From Amoebidium appalachense (Eukaryota; Protista; Ichthyosporea): 64,000 bases of DNA. The stretch covers positions 5,260,640 to 5,324,639 of the forward strand of contig CAVNZM010000013.1 of the NCBI GenBank assembly GCA_963693365.1, written 5' to 3'. Under the pieces are notes generated by a model. It made no database searches and was not told the DNA's origin. It saw only the letters and a list, made by a program, of their open reading frames with translations. Shown one piece after another: positions 1 to 15,197 of this stretch. The position numbers were made by a program, and so were the translations under genes. Positions within the stretch are counted from its first letter, which is position 1. Each line of letters opens with the position of its first letter.

Positions 1-201
1 CGCTAGACCTGTGTTGAGAAAAGAGAACAGGAAGAAGGAAGGAGAAAGGGGAGGGCGGGCGGGGGGAGGGGGGGGGGGGGGGGGGGGGGAGGGAGGGGGG
101 GAGGGAGGGAGGAGAGGGGAGAGGGGAGAGGGGAGGGAGCGAGAGGGAGAAAGGGGGCGGGGAGGAAGGGGAGAGGGAAGGGAAGGGCGGGGGGGGCGGG
201 G

Positions 202-236
<35 letters not shown>

Positions 237-733
237 AGGGAGGGAGAGGGGAAAGGGGAGGGAGCGAGAGGGAGAACGGGGGCAGGGAGGAGGGAGAGGG
301 AACTGAAGGGGGGGGGGGGGGGGGGGGGGGGGGGGGAGGGGAGGAGGGAGGGAGGGAGGGAGGGAGGGGGAGAGCGAAGGGGGGGGGGGGGGGGGGGGGG
401 GGAGAGCGGCGGGGGGAGTGGGGGAGACGGAGGCGAATGAGCTGAGTTGGAGGGAGGTGGGGAATGGGGGAATGGTGAGAGGGGTTTGGGATGGGGTAAT
501 CAATATGGGGGGGAGAGGGAGGGAGGGGGGGGGGGGGGGGGGGAGGGGGAGGGGGGAGGGATGAAGGGGGGAGAGGGATGTGGGGGGGGGGGAGGGGGAA
601 GGGTGGGTGGAAAAGGAGGGGGAGGGGGAGAAATAATTGGAAGAGAGCGTGTTCTTAAGTACAACGACAGCACGGAGTGCAAATTCACAACGGACATTGT
701 GTGGCACATTTAAAACCCTCACCTCAGTGCACA

Positions 734-782
<49 letters not shown>

Positions 783-962
783 GTGCAGGGCATACCCCGG
801 CGTGGGTGGCCGTATGTGCTGTGTTTCGTGTACCCGTGTGTCCGGTTGCCCGTCCATGTGTACCAGTGTGTGTACACTGTACCAGTACATTTCGATGTGC
901 AACCCGTACATACACGCCCCAAATTGTGCGTGTGTGTGTGTATCTGTGAGCACGCCCATATT

Positions 963-1004
<42 letters not shown>

Positions 1005-2268
1005 TGAGTGTGTGCACGCCTGTGTGTGTGATCGTGTATTGGTGTGTGTATGCATGTACGCGTACCGTGTGTGAGTGTGAGTAGTTGTGTGGGTCGGTGG
1101 GTGTTTGCACCGGTGCTCCCATGTGTGTGTACCACGTACATTTCAACATGTGTTTCGGGAGGGAGGGAGGGAGGAGGGGGGAGGGGCGGGGGGGGGGAGG
1201 GGAGAGGGGGAGAGGGGGAGGACATATACCCTGGGGGTCGTTGATGAGATGAAGGGCCGAGAATGTTCCTTGGCCCTCCTTGCTCTTTTCACGCTTCTCG
1301 GCCTTCTACTTGCCCAATCATCGTGTCAGAATATGAACCAAAAAAAGGGAAGTCCCCCCCCCCCCCCCCCCAAAGCCCCCTTTCCCCCGGCCCCTCAATT
1401 TATCTGCGCTCCTTACTCCCTCCCCTGCTCCCCCGTATATTACTTATAAACTGAGCAGTCGTCAGGCTCCAGGTGTTGCACTGAGAAACTAAAAACCCTT
1501 TCAGTATCATCATTGGATTATTTGTCCACTTTGAAAAGCGTCTGACATGGTAGAAGAGATGGTTGGTTTGAGCGGCTTTAACATTAATTTGTCTTCATTT
1601 CTAATAATTTCAACATCTGTTTCAAAGGTTGGGTTCCATTGGTGCATTACCTTTATGGCATCCTTGGCCCTGCTCAGCTGCCTCTCCCTCTTCTTCGAGT
1701 TCTTGTTGATGTTCAGCGCATTCCTGATTTCGGCCATGTTGGGCTTGTTCTGGAAAAGGTTTAAAGAACCGTTGGTTTTTGCTATGTAACCTGATTCTCT
1801 GCCCCCCCCCCCCTCCCCCCCCCCCTCCCCGCGCTCTTTTAACGGTGCACAGTTTCCGTTTCAATTTAGGGAGATCAATCACACAAACTCAAATATTAGC
1901 CCTCCAAATAGGCAGAAGCACACACAAGCACACGGACAGGCACACACATGCCCCCCCCCCCCTCCCCCCAAAAAAGCACGCACACACACGCACACGCGCT
2001 CGATCCCCAGCACACATCCATCGTACTCGTGTCCCAAAACATGGTCCCCTCTCCCCCCCACCCTGATGGACGTACCCATACATACAGATACCGCACCAGG
2101 AATGAACGGTACATATGCACGTGCATGTAAGCTTCCGGTCAACCGCCTACCTACCCCCTGTTGTAAAACGCAAAAAGTTTATACCCAATGAGCAAGAGCA
2201 ACAAACTCCCCCGTGAGGTCACACGCTCATTCCCGCCAGGCCACTCTGCCAGCCCGTCCCCCCCCCCA

Positions 2269-2334
<66 letters not shown>

Positions 2335-2866
2335 TAAGCACCCCCAACACCACCACCAAAAACACACACCTGCACGCAGCCCCCCCCCCCCCCCCCCAAA
2401 AAAAAAAAAAAAAACAAGCACAAAACTACCCCCCCCCACACACACACAACCTAAACACCCCCCCCCTCTCCCCCTCCCCCCCCCCCCCACACACACACAC
2501 CCAGACCCATTACAAAAACAGCCCCCCCCCCCCTCCACAACACACAAACAACCCCCCCCCCCCCACTTTCACACACAAACAACCCCCCCCCTCACACACA
2601 CACACAAACACACTCCAACAAACCCCCCCCCCCCCCCAAACACAAATACATACCCCCCCCCCCCCCCTTCCCTTTTAATCAACACACACACACACACACA
2701 AGCATCTCCCCCCCCCCACCCACACACCCACCTCCTCCTCATTATCACTGTCCTCGTTGCCCCCCTCCTCGTCGATGCCCAAAAAGAACTGAATGGCCGC
2801 CACCATCACTTTGGTGTGGGGGGAGAAGCATGCGGTTGCAAGCACATTCACTGTGCGCTGGTCTTT

Positions 2867-2958
<92 letters not shown>

Positions 2959-3013
2959 TGTGTGTGTGGCGTGTGCATCTAGGGGCAGGAGTGTGTGTGC
3001 GCGTGAGGGGTCA

Positions 3014-3058
<45 letters not shown>

Positions 3059-4217
3059 GCCGCGCCACACACAGTGTGGATGTGTCCGTGTGTGTATTTA
3101 TGTGTGCGTGTGTGTGTGTGTGTGTGTGTCTGGGGAAGGCAGGTGGGGGCGTACGCGTGTAGGGGGGAGGGGGAGGAAAGGCGAGCGTGTGAACGTATGT
3201 GTGGCCCGGCTTGGGGGGGCAGAAAGGGGGGGGGGGGGGGGGAGGGGGGAAAGGGGACCTGTCCATAAAACTTGATACTTATACCCTGTCACTTTTTCTC
3301 AGACAAAACAGCATCCCGGGAAAGGAAACAAAGCAGGCGAATCCTTGTGTGTACTTGTCTTCAAACGCTTTTTTTTTTATTCTTTCTTTTAGGCTAGCCT
3401 CTTTAAGCCAACGAAATTTACGATCTTCCTCACCACGAGGGGGGAAGGGGCGGGGGGGGGGGGGGGGGGGGGTTTGGGCTGGTGTGCGGGGGGGGGGAGG
3501 CTCGGTGTGTGTTAAGGAAAAGGGGAGGGGAAAGGGGTGGGAGGGCGGGGCACGGGGGGGGGGGGGGGGGGAGGATGGGAGGGGATGTAGTATATGACAA
3601 GAAGAGTGAGCATAGTAAGGTAGCAGAGAAAGGGTGTGTGTGTGTGTTGGTGTTCCCGTGTGTGTATGCGCACGCATGGGGCGGGCGGGGCGGGCGCAGG
3701 GGGGAGGGGGGGTAAAGAGAGGATTTAGAGAGTGTGTGTTGGTGTTTTTGTACAGTGTGTGTATGTGCGTGCGTGGGGCGCATGGACGGGCGGGAGGGCA
3801 AACGGGGGCAAGTGGGGGGGGGCGGAGGGAGGGGGGGATAGAGCGACATAGAGAGATAGATGGAGATGAAGGGGAGGGGGGAAGAAGGGGGGGGGGGGGG
3901 GGGGGGGGGGGGAGAGATATTACCAAGCACCCTTTCTGTACAAATCGACAAGAACGCGAACGGAGAGATGCGCCGCCGTCGGGTTATCGTCCGAAACCAT
4001 CGTGTACATAAAATTCTGCAAAGTCTTATTGAGAGCATTGCTCTTCGTCTTTGCGTTCAGTCGGCGAATGTCGGAGATGACGTGCGTGCGAAGCATCTCG
4101 CGAAGCGTCTTGTCTTTAATGCGGAAGAGCTTAAAGAAGACCTCGTATACCCTGCGTGTTTTTTGTGAACGGGAGCGGATGGGGAAAGAATAGGGGGGGG
4201 GGGGGGGAGGAGGGAAG

Positions 4218-4271
<54 letters not shown>

Positions 4272-4771
4272 GGGGGGGGGGGGGGGGGGCGGGGAGAGGG
4301 GGAGAAGAGGAGAGCAGGTGTGTGGGTGTGGGGGAAGGGGTAAGGAGAGGGGTGAGGGGAAGAAAAGGGAGGGGGGGGGGGGTTCGAGGAGAAAAGAATA
4401 GGACAAGAGGAAGAGAAATGGGAGGACGAGGGGCGGGGGGGGGGGGGGGGGGGGGGGGGGGTAGATAAGTCAGTGCAAGTTACAGATCGGGATAAGACCG
4501 AAAAAGGAAAAGACAAAGTAGGGTTATAGCATAGGTGAGAAGGCGAGGGAAGAGGGTAAGGTTGTGGCAACAGTTGGGAAGAGGGGGCGGGGGGGGGGGG
4601 GGGGGAAAGACATAGTGGCGGTGAAAGGATATAATAGAACAAGGTGGATGGATGGGTGGATGGGGGGGGGGGGGGCTTTAAACGAGACATCCACAGACAT
4701 ATATAAGCAACCACCGGACAGGCCCTCTCTTCCCCCCCCCCCCCCATGAATCTCACTGCATGCGCGCGCGT

Positions 4772-4813
<42 letters not shown>

Positions 4814-5057
4814 CTTTCCCTTGCCCCCCCTCACCCCCATCCCCCCCCCTCCCCAAACACACACACACCCACCACCATCCCCTGCCAGCCATTCCTCCCC
4901 CCCTCCCCCCTCAAAAAAAAAAAAAAAAAAAAACACACGTACATCCCCCCCCCCCCCCCCCCCACCTTCATGACCCACCTACCCCACCCATCCACCCACT
5001 TTCCCTTCCCTCTCCCCCTTCCCCTTCCCCTCCTTCTCACCTTACCATATCCCTCCC

Positions 5058-5088
<31 letters not shown>

Positions 5089-5727
5089 AAAAAAAACCTC
5101 AAAAGACAACACTTGCAGATGCATGACTTTCATCGTCAACCCCAAAGCAAACGCTTTGCAAGTGCCCTACATCCTTCCCCCCCCTCACCGGCGTAAAGAG
5201 CAAATAGAGCCCCCTACCCTCCCCTCCGTACCCATGCTCCCTTCTCAACTGTCCAATCAATCCCCCCAACCCACCCCCCCCCCCCTGGTCCCCTCCAACC
5301 CCCTTTCCCCCTCTCCCCTTGCTACCCAATCCCCTCACCCCACCACACCCCCCTCCCCCCCCCCCCCCACACACACACCCAAACGCCCCCCCCCCCCCCT
5401 CCCCCTCCCCTTACTACCCACCCCACTTACTTCACGGGCGCCACCATATCCTTCCCCCTCAGCAATATGATGGACTTGCAAAGATCACGCCTAATCTCTG
5501 GCTGCATGACACTTGCGTGTGTCTCCAAAAGATCCATCAGCTGCTGGGGAAAGTGCTTGCTATGCTGCGGGAACAGATTGCATACCTGTGTGTGCGTGTG
5601 GGCACGTGAGTGGACGTGTGCATGCGTGTGTGCACGTGTGTGAATACTGGCGTGTGTGTGGGCGCGTGCGTGCGTGTGTGTGTACGTGTGTGTGTGTCTG
5701 TGTGCACGCATATACATATATATATAC

Positions 5728-5800
<73 letters not shown>

Positions 5801-6113
5801 ATGAATGTGTGTCGCCGTCCGCGCGTGCGTAGGTAAACGCAAGTGTGTGTGCGCGTATATGCTTGAGCTTAGATATGTGCGTGAGCAATTGCTTCTATGT
5901 GAGTGTGCATCTATTTGTGCATGTGCCTGCAGGCTTATGCACAAGTTGTGTGTGAAGCACGTGTAGGTTGTGTATGTATGACGTGTATACAGGTAAGGAT
6001 CTTGTGCAAGCACATATTACATATTCTAACCAAAGAAAATAACCCACTTTCTTATTGAAGGAATTATTCCATGCAAAGCTACCAAGCCTCTCTGCTTCTA
6101 AGGGCTCATGATG

Positions 6114-6207
<94 letters not shown>

Positions 6208-6372
6208 GCAACTGTGCTTGTGTATGTGCATATATCTGTCTGTGTGTGTGTGTGTGTATGTGCCTGTGTGTGTGTGTGTGTATGTGTGTGTGTGTGTGTA
6301 TGTGTGTGTGCAGGCAAGTGTGCATGTGTATGTGGATGTGCATATATCTGTGTGTGTGTGTGTGTGTGTGTG

Positions 6373-6425
<53 letters not shown>

Positions 6426-6465
6426 GTGTGTATAAGTTCCATGGTCATGGATTTGCTTGGGTGTT

Positions 6466-6505
<40 letters not shown>

Positions 6506-6515
6506 TGTGAATGTG

Positions 6516-6551
<36 letters not shown>

Positions 6552-6880
6552 GTGCTAGTCTTTTTTGTGTGTGTGTGTGTGTGGGGTGAGAGAGGTGATG
6601 TTTACGGGTGAGGAATGTGGGGACAACGGGGAGAAAGGGGGGGGGGGGGGGGGGGGGGGGGGGAGGGGGAGGGGGGCGTGAAGACACTCACATGGCTCAG
6701 GAAGTTAATGAGCTCCCCAAACTCTTTTGATTCAGACTGTGGATTCAGCTGAAATATCTGCAAGCTGGACTCAAAATGTCTCAACTGCTGTAGAAACTCC
6801 TCTGTGTATGACTCCTTGTCTCGCTTGATGAGATTTTGGAGTTGGGGAAGATTCGTGGGCAGAACATTGTGGCTTGGCAT
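1..6880 (-). CDS. SDA1: SDA1 / SDAD1 60S ribosome biogenesis factor, 5' part (continues beyond the left edge)
   Basis: Exons with GT-AG boundaries and consistent phases: 6880-6692, 5585-5431, 4151-3924, 2867-2732, 1749-1651, 1305-1230, 8-<1. Translation [32 protein letters not shown]...FPQQLMDLL...[12 protein letters not shown]...LQNFMYTMV...[16 protein letters not shown]...QFFLG...[14 protein letters not shown] follows the SDA1 motifs ([37 protein letters not shown]) in order, as recalled from human SDAD1. Confidence 0.96.
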
Positions 6881-7918
6881 TCTCAACGGATGCGGACGGG
6901 ATGCACCCGTACAAAAACCGCTAAAGTAGGGAAGTAAGGTTTCCTTATCTAAAAGACAGAGCTGATTTCAATGTTTCGCAGAATAAGGTGATTTCAATTG
7001 CCAATACGCATCACCGTGAATCCTTCTGAGAGTATGGGAAGTTCAACATGCGCTGGTCGAAAGCCAAGCCTCAGAATGTGCCACAAATTACAGGTGATTG
7101 CGTACAAAGATGCCCTGTCAAACTAAATACCACTGATATGTATGCATACGTATGTATATTCTTAACAAACTATATGAAACCACAACATGACTACTAATCT
7201 TGAAGTTGTTCAGACAAAGAAACATACACGTGTAAGTGTTTCAATGGACACGTGTACATAGCGTTTACAAATCTGGTCCGATGACGTCACAGAAATTTAG
7301 GTAAGTCTAAATATGGTATAGGTCGAGATCGCGAAAGCCCTCCCCCCTGAGGGGCCCCCTCTGCCCCCTCCCCCCCTCCCCCTCTTTCTCTCTCTCTTTT
7401 TCTCTCTCTCCCACCCATGACAGCTTTCCCCCCCATAACTCTTTCACGGTATAAAACGTATGATCAAGGATCGTTCATGATTTTCACTTTGTACCCAGCC
7501 GGTCTCTGTGTGTTTTGGCCTAGCTATCAGCTTAGCATGCTGATCATTTGCACGCATTTTACGCATTTGCACGCATTTTGGACCTCAGAACCGAAATTAA
7601 TGTTCGGACCAATTTACCTGAAGGTGCGAAACGGCAATTAGGTCAAGATTGTGTGATTTTAACATCAGGGCTATATATTTTTTTTTTGGTAATGTACCCA
7701 TTACCACGTCTTTTTGTGATATTACGCCTTGATCTCCAGACACAAAACAGCATGTGCACCAGTATCCACACCACAAAAAGTGCCACGCACTGCTCTATCT
7801 GCGAGTAAGATTAGAACATTAATTTTAAGTTCAGAAAACCGAAAGAGAATCTGCAACCTAGTGTAGCCTTTTTCGCACTGCCTCGGCCTGAGCGACAGCA
7901 AAGCGTGGAAACCAGAAA
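6881..7918. promoter_or_regulatory. Divergent (bidirectional) promoter region between SDA1 and the plus-strand membrane hydrolase gene; CRE palindrome TGACGTCA at 7282-7289
   Basis: About 1 kb, largely free of microsatellites, between two head-to-head ATGs (6880 minus, 7919 plus). A perfect TGACGTCA is visible; its function is inferred. Confidence 0.55.
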
Positions 7919-9754
7919 ATGGTAAGCCCTCTGGTTTCTCCGCCTCCTTCCCCCCCCCCCCCGACCTTTCCCCCCTTCTTTCCCCCATGTCCCTCTTTCC
8001 CCCCTGCCTCTCCCTCAGCCACTCGGCCGCCCCCTTGACCCCTGACCATAGCCCCCTCCCTCCCCCCCCCCCCCCCCCCTTCCCCCCCCTCCCCCCCCCC
8101 CTTCTCCCCCCCCCCTCCCTCCCTCTCCCCCCTCCCCCCAGCTGGCACGTAAACGGGAGAATTTGCCACAAAATCTGAGTTCGCCACATTAGCCAAATAC
8201 TAAATATCTCCTATAGCATGGACACTGTTCCATGTTTCCAATTGATTCTGTACATTGTCTTGCACGTAACTAGGATCCATAGCTAGTTGGTTTCACTTAA
8301 ACTTTTTTCCAGACTCGTTGCATGAGCAGAGCTTTGAGCGAGCAACACTTGATTCAAAACCCACCGTGACTTGCTCCAAGTTAAGCAAAAATCAAAATAT
8401 TCATATTACCTTCAATGCTCTCAGTGTTATCTCCCGGTAGTTGTTCTTGGCCCTAGGTTTTGTGCGGCTTCGCATGCCACATCTTTCCGTTTTCCATGAC
8501 CCCTCTTCCCCCTCCCCCCTCCCCCCCCCCCCCTCCCCCCCCCCCCCCCCCCCCCGCTCCCCCCCAACCTACCCAACCACCTCTTTCCTCCCCATGGCCC
8601 ACAACTCCCCCTCCTCCCCCCTCCCCACCCCCCTCCCCCTCCTCTTCCCCCACAACTCCCATTATTCCCCTTCAACCCCTTGCGACACCCAGACCCATGA
8701 ATCTTACTTACACCTCCTCCCTCCCTCCCTTCCAATCCCCCTTCCGCTGTCCACGTCCTCCAACCTGCTCCCCTCCCCCCCCCCCCCCCCCCTCCCCCCC
8801 CAGCCCCCCCCCCACCTTACTCCCCGCTCCTCCACGCCCCATTTCCACAAACATGATTCAAACATTCCCCACCTTTCTTCCCTTAAACCTCCCTTCCCCC
8901 TCCCCCCCCCTCCCCCCTCCCGCTCCTCCCACCCGCCCCACCCCACCCCCGGGGCAAAAAAAAAAAGAAAAAAACAAAAAAACAAAAAAACAAAACACCC
9001 CTACTTCAAGCACACACACACCCCCCTTCATCCCCCCCCCCCCCCCCCCCCCTCTTCCCCCTCCCTTCCCCCCTTCCCCCCCCTCCCCCCCTCCCCCCCC
9101 CCCCCCCCCGCCCCCCGCTCCCCCATCCCACCTCTACCCCACGGTATCCACACAGCCTGGGCCACTAGCACACCTCACCTACGGCCTCAGCACCGGGTTG
9201 GCTCTCCGCACTGTGTCTGAGGGGAAGTTCACGGACACACACATGCTCGTCTATGCTGTAAACTGCTTCTTTGGCCCTGACATGGGCGCATTTACAGGTG
9301 GGAAGGCAGTTGGCAACGGGCGCTGGTTTTCTTGTTTCTTTTCCCTTTTTTTTTTTTTTTTTTTTCTTTTCTGGTGTGTGTGTGTGCGTCAGGCCGTGGT
9401 GGAAAGGATATTTTGTTATGATAGACAGGGTGGTGTTTGAACAAAATCATGAGCTTGATGGCTTTTCCCCCAAAAAACGGGGAAGGAGGGAGGGGGCGGG
9501 GGGGGGGGGGGAGGGAGGGTTTGGGAGGGAGATTAAGATATAGAGGAAGGGTGAGAGGGGGAGAAGCAGAGATGGAGGGAGAGGTAGTATAGCGAAAGAT
9601 GTGCATGGGTGGCAGAATGTGTGTTAGTATGTGTGTATCCGATGTATTTCTCCACCCTCTACGAGGTTGCTTGAAACCTTTCCTGGTTTTTTCTTTTCTT
9701 TTTTAACCAGAGTTCCACTGCATATCCCCCCCCCCCCTCCCCCCCTCTCCCCCC

Positions 9755-9785
<31 letters not shown>

Positions 9786-10517
9786 ACACACGCACGCACA
9801 TTCCCTCGCCTACCTTTAAAATATCTTTGGTGTCTTCGAGATATTGTCGTCGTGGTCTTTCATTTCCCTTGCCACTCCGCTGGCATTTTTTTTTCCGCTT
9901 GTTCTTACCTCCTACCCCTAAAAAAAAAAAAATTACACACACGACAAACACACCATCAATAATGATCAAATCCCCCATCCCCAAACGCCTCCATATAATG
10001 CATTGCATGCAGTTGTTGCTTTCTTCCCTTACCTCCTCCTCCCTTCGCTTCCCCTTCCACGTCCTCTATGCCACACATCAGCCTCCCTCCCCCCCCCCCC
10101 CCCCCCTTCCCCCCCACCGCTATGCCGTTTCCCCAACCCCCAAATGTGATACATCACCCCCCCCCCGCTCCCCCTTCCCTTTCCCAGCTCTTCCAATTGT
10201 TATGCACCGTTAATGTTATGGCACCATTCATCCAACACTAACTAACACACACGTCATTTTTTTTTTCTCGCAGAGTTTGTCACGAGGCAGGTGTCCGGGG
10301 ACGATAGAATCGGGGGTGCGGTGATGCACTTTGTGCACAACGCATTCCTTTACCCGCTGTGCGTAGCCCCTATGGTGGCGTTTTTGTGGAGCTACTTCAT
10401 TACTTTTAGGGTCGTGTGCGACCCGGCTGCCGTCGTGTTGAAAAGGGTACGCTACTTGGTACGCTGAAACTAAGCACACGTGCACGAGCGCACACGTGCA
10501 CGGAAGCGCGTACACAT

Positions 10518-10568
<51 letters not shown>

Positions 10569-11015
10569 CACACACACATGCACATGGACACGCATGCGCG
10601 CGGGCGCGCACACACACACACACGCTCACAGTCACACACACACAAATGCGCCCGCAGACAGACACACACAAACACACACACACACAACAAGCAAACGCAC
10701 ACACAGACACACACACATCCACACATGCACATGCACACACGCACGGGCGCGCACACACGTACGCACACATGCACACACACGCACACACTTGAAACACCCA
10801 CACAGGTGTACATTCACCCTAAGCACCACCGCCACTACTAGATTAGACATAGCAGTATCGCTAATTGTTCTCATTAATTTCTTTCTGCGCAGCCTCCGTG
10901 TCATTGTCTCCGACACATTCTTGCCATTTCTTTTTCAAACGTTGGTGTGTGTGGTGTGCATGTTTGGTGTATCCGCGCGTACACGTACGCGTGATTTTTT
11001 TTTTTTTTTTTTTGT

Positions 11016-11059
<44 letters not shown>

Positions 11060-12067
11060 GGTTTTGTTTTTGTTTTTCTTCGGGTGTGTGTGTGTGTGTG
11101 GTGGGGGGGGGGAGGGGGGAGGGGGGAGGTAGATGATTTGTGTTGTCTGTCTTCCTACTGGCATATCTCTACCGTGACCCCTGCTCTTCCCCTCTCTTGG
11201 TTCCCTTTATCAAAGTCCTTGATCTCTCCTCACCCCTATTTCATCCCTTCCCAGCTCCCGCCTCCCCCCCCCCCCCCCCCCCCTCCCCCTTTCCCCTTTC
11301 AGGGTTATACCTGAGTTGCACACTCTGTGCTCATTATTATTTTCTTTCTTTCTTTCCCCCCCCCCCCTTTTTTAAAATTCACACTAGGCCATGCATTGTG
11401 GACGTGTAAATCCCAATGTATGCCGATTCTAACAAACCCCCCCCCCCCCCCCCCCCCCCCTCCTCCTCCTCCCTTTCTATCCTCCCCCTCCTTTAGATGA
11501 CTTGGGCCGCCTGGAGAATGGGCTTTGCTTTTGATGCATAGTCTTTGTGTATGCTCTACAATGGACATTGTTTTGTCCGTCATGAATGTGTGCTTTGTTC
11601 TCAGTAACACCTTTAATCCCCCTCCCCCCCTCCCCCCCCTCCCCCCTGCGGATGTTTATCCTCCCCCTATGTACCCACCACCCCCTCCTCCCCACGCCCC
11701 GGACACACACACACGAAAAAAAAAAACCAACCGCACGCCGTGTTTGCCCCGTCACTCCCTATCTCACCACCACCAACACCCCTGCAGAGGTACCACATTG
11801 TTCGTGTGAGGGGGGATCTAAGGTGGATCCAACTATGGGCGCTGTGTGTGGCGGGGGGTCTATCACACTTTTTCCTCGACACAGTGTTTGAGATGAACGG
11901 GAGGGACCCACTCTACCTGTGGATTCTGAGCACAGGCTATTGGGATGTATGTGCTTTTCTTAGTGAACATCCTTAACCCCCCCTCCCCCCCCCCCCCTCC
12001 CCCCCCCCCCCCCTCACCACCACCACCACCACCACCACGCCCAACATTACACACAGACACACACACA

Positions 12068-12100
<33 letters not shown>

Positions 12101-12721
12101 CCTCTCTCTATTTCCCTTCCCCCCTCCCCCCTTTCTCTCTCTCTCCTCACTCTCTCTCTCTCTATCTCTCTCCCCCCCTTCCCCCCCCCCCCCTTCTCCT
12201 TTCCCCCCCCCCCCCCCCCCCCCCCCTTTCTGTCTGGTTCTCTCTCAACTTCCACCTCTCTCTCGCTCTTCTTCTCGCTGTCCCTCCCTTACTTGCTTCT
12301 CGTCTCCCCCCCCCCCCCCCCCCCCCTCGCCCGCCTGCCTCCGCCCCGCGCGCGCGCACACACACACACATTTTTTGAAGGACCTTCATCAGGCTGTCTG
12401 CCTCAGTGGACGCAAACAGAATTGTACACTTTTTTGGGTGTGTGTGTTTGGTTGTGTGTGTGGGGGGGGGGGGGGGGGGGGAGGGGGGGCTTCTTTTTTG
12501 CCCTTTTGTCTGTTTATTGCTGCTGACGCAAACATAAATACCCTGCAGAATGCATATCTCGATCCGATCGGCATGATCACAATCGGATGTCTGACCGTGA
12601 TCTTGCTGGTGGGCTTTCTGCTCATCAATGCTCAGGTAACCCCCCCCCCCCCCCCCCCCTCCTCCTCCCCTCTCCTTCTCCCCTCCCCCTGCTTTATCTC
12701 TTCCTCTCTGTCCCCCCGCCC

Positions 12722-12755
<34 letters not shown>

Positions 12756-12941
12756 CGGCCCCCCTCCTCCACCCACCCACCACCACCACCATTCCAACCA
12801 TCCCCATGCCCGTCATTCTACCATTTGGCTGTCATCTCTCTTTTTGTGGCCCCCTCCCCACCTCCCCCTCCCCCCCCCCCCTCCCCCCCCCCCCCCCCCC
12901 CCCCCTCTCCCCCACCCTCCCCCCGCGCTGTCTCTTCCTCT

Positions 12942-12982
<41 letters not shown>

Positions 12983-13136
12983 CCCCCTCCCCTCACCCTC
13001 AATACCCGCCGTTCTACCATTCGGATGTCATCTCTCTCTTTTTGTGCCCCCCTCCGGTCTTATATCTTCCTCTCTGCCTCCCCCTACCCATCCCACCCCC
13101 TTTCTTCCGACCCTATCTCCTCCTCTTGCCTTCCCC

Positions 13137-13167
<31 letters not shown>

Positions 13168-13233
13168 AAAAAAAAAAAAAAAAAACACCCACCCACCCAC
13201 CCTTCTACCACCTGGCTGTCATCTCTCTCTTTT

Positions 13234-13269
<36 letters not shown>

Positions 13270-13915
13270 TCTTTCCTTCCCCGGCTGTTCTCATCCCCCA
13301 CCTCCTTGTATTCTTCTCACCTCCTTGTATTCTTCTCACCTCCTTGTATTCTTCTCACCTCCTTGTATTCTTTTCACCTCCTTGTCTTCTCTTGGCCTCC
13401 TTGTATTCTTTTCACCTCCTTGTATTCTCTTGACCTCCTTGTATTCTTCTCACCTTGTATCCTCTTGACCTCCTTGTATTCTCTTGACCTCCTTGTAATC
13501 TTTGACCTCCTTGTATAATTTTCACCTCCTTGTATTCTTTTCACCTCCTTATATTCTCTTGACCTTCTTGTATTCTTTTCACCTCCTTGTAAAGAACTTC
13601 ACCTCCTTGTATCCACTTCACCCAATTGTAAACTTCAACTTATGGTATTCACTTCACCTTATGGTATTCACTTCACCTCCTTGTATTTTTTCACCTTCTT
13701 GTGTCCACTTCACCCCAGTGTATTCACTTCAATTCCTTGTATCCGATTCACCACATTGCATTCACTTCACTTCCTTGCATTTACATCTTCTCTGGCAGGT
13801 GGCACCAGGGTTGCCTAGTGGACTTCAACCAATTTCTACTGCACTCGAACACCATAAGGTTTGTTTTACTGCGTTTTTCCCCGTTTCTCCCTCCCCCCCC
13901 CCCCCCCCCCCCCTC

Positions 13916-13953
<38 letters not shown>

Positions 13954-14487
13954 CGTGTAAACGAATGCACAGTATTCGAGCAAAGTTATCGCAAAAAGAG
14001 AAAGTTTATGGATTTATCCTCCCCCCCCCCCCCCCCCCCCCCTCCCCCCCCCCCCCCCCATTTTCCTTCCCCTCCCCCAGTTTGAAAAGAAAAGGAAGGA
14101 AAGAAAAAGAGGCGAAAGAAGAAACAGACAGAGACAGAAGTTCACTCTCACGATCCCAACGACTGTGTAAGCCAGATCGTCACAGATATTATGGGCCTGT
14201 TCAGATGATGTGAACTTTTCTCTTTCCACTCTTTACATTATTAAAATGCGAGTAATGTGCACACCCGGTTGTTTCCTTGTGCTGCATGTGGTTGGCTAAA
14301 TATGTAGTATGTATGACAAAGAACCAATAGAAATCAGAGGGTTGACAGAGACAACATGGCCCTGAGATCCGGTGCTTGCAATGTTGTTTTTGGTTGTTGG
14401 TTTCTTTTTGTTATTTTTTTTCCACTAAACCCCCCCCTCCCCCCCCCCTCACAAGTCACACATCCCCTTAGCCTTCTGCAGACACAG

Positions 14488-14527
<40 letters not shown>

Positions 14528-15164
14528 ACACACACACACACACGCACACACAGGTGCACCGTACCGGTCATCTCCTTCTCTTTGTTGTGTGTGCCTACCT
14601 CTTCTATCTGTGGCTGCGACTCTATGCAATCGGTGGTCCTCGTGTGCCAGCGGCCGGTGAAGAAGGTGCCCCCTCCCCTCCTCCCCCGCCCTCCGCCCCC
14701 ACACCTTTTTCCACTCAACAAATCATCCCCCCCCTCGCCTTCCCTTCCCCCTTCGATCACACACGCATGCATGCACCGCCGCCACCACCACCACCCACAG
14801 CTCATTTCCATGTTTTCCTCCTCCTTCCAAAGGAACGGATTTAATCCTTGTGCTTGTGTCAGCGTTTTTCTTTGGTCTATCGCACTGAATGGTGCACACA
14901 CGTGGTCCCCATCCCTCCCCCCCCCCCCCCCCCCCCCTTCCTCCCCCCGCTCGCCCCCCTTCCCCCTCTCTCCTCCCCCCCTCCCCCTCCCCCCACCCCC
15001 CCCCCCCCCACCCACACACACACACACACTTTCTCGCTCTCTCTCTAACTCCAGCTGACCCCCACACCCCAACCCCTTCCCCTTCCCCATTTCCCCCTCC
15101 TGCCCTTGGGCAGACCCAACGTCAAGGCTTTCTTGATTCCCGCCCTTGTCCTTTCCACCCGACC

Positions 15165-15197
<33 letters not shown>

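Noticed and set aside
1460-1600. Box C/D snoRNA in SDA1 intron 5 (ATGATGA and CTGA on the minus strand)
   Set aside because: Short C-D spacing, no terminal stem and no rRNA-complementary guide that I can recognise; a snoscan or Infernal hit would be needed.
12813-13240. Repeat-spacer-like pattern
   Set aside because: The spacers are poly-C low-complexity sequence sharing sub-motifs, so this is a decayed tandem duplication in an intron.
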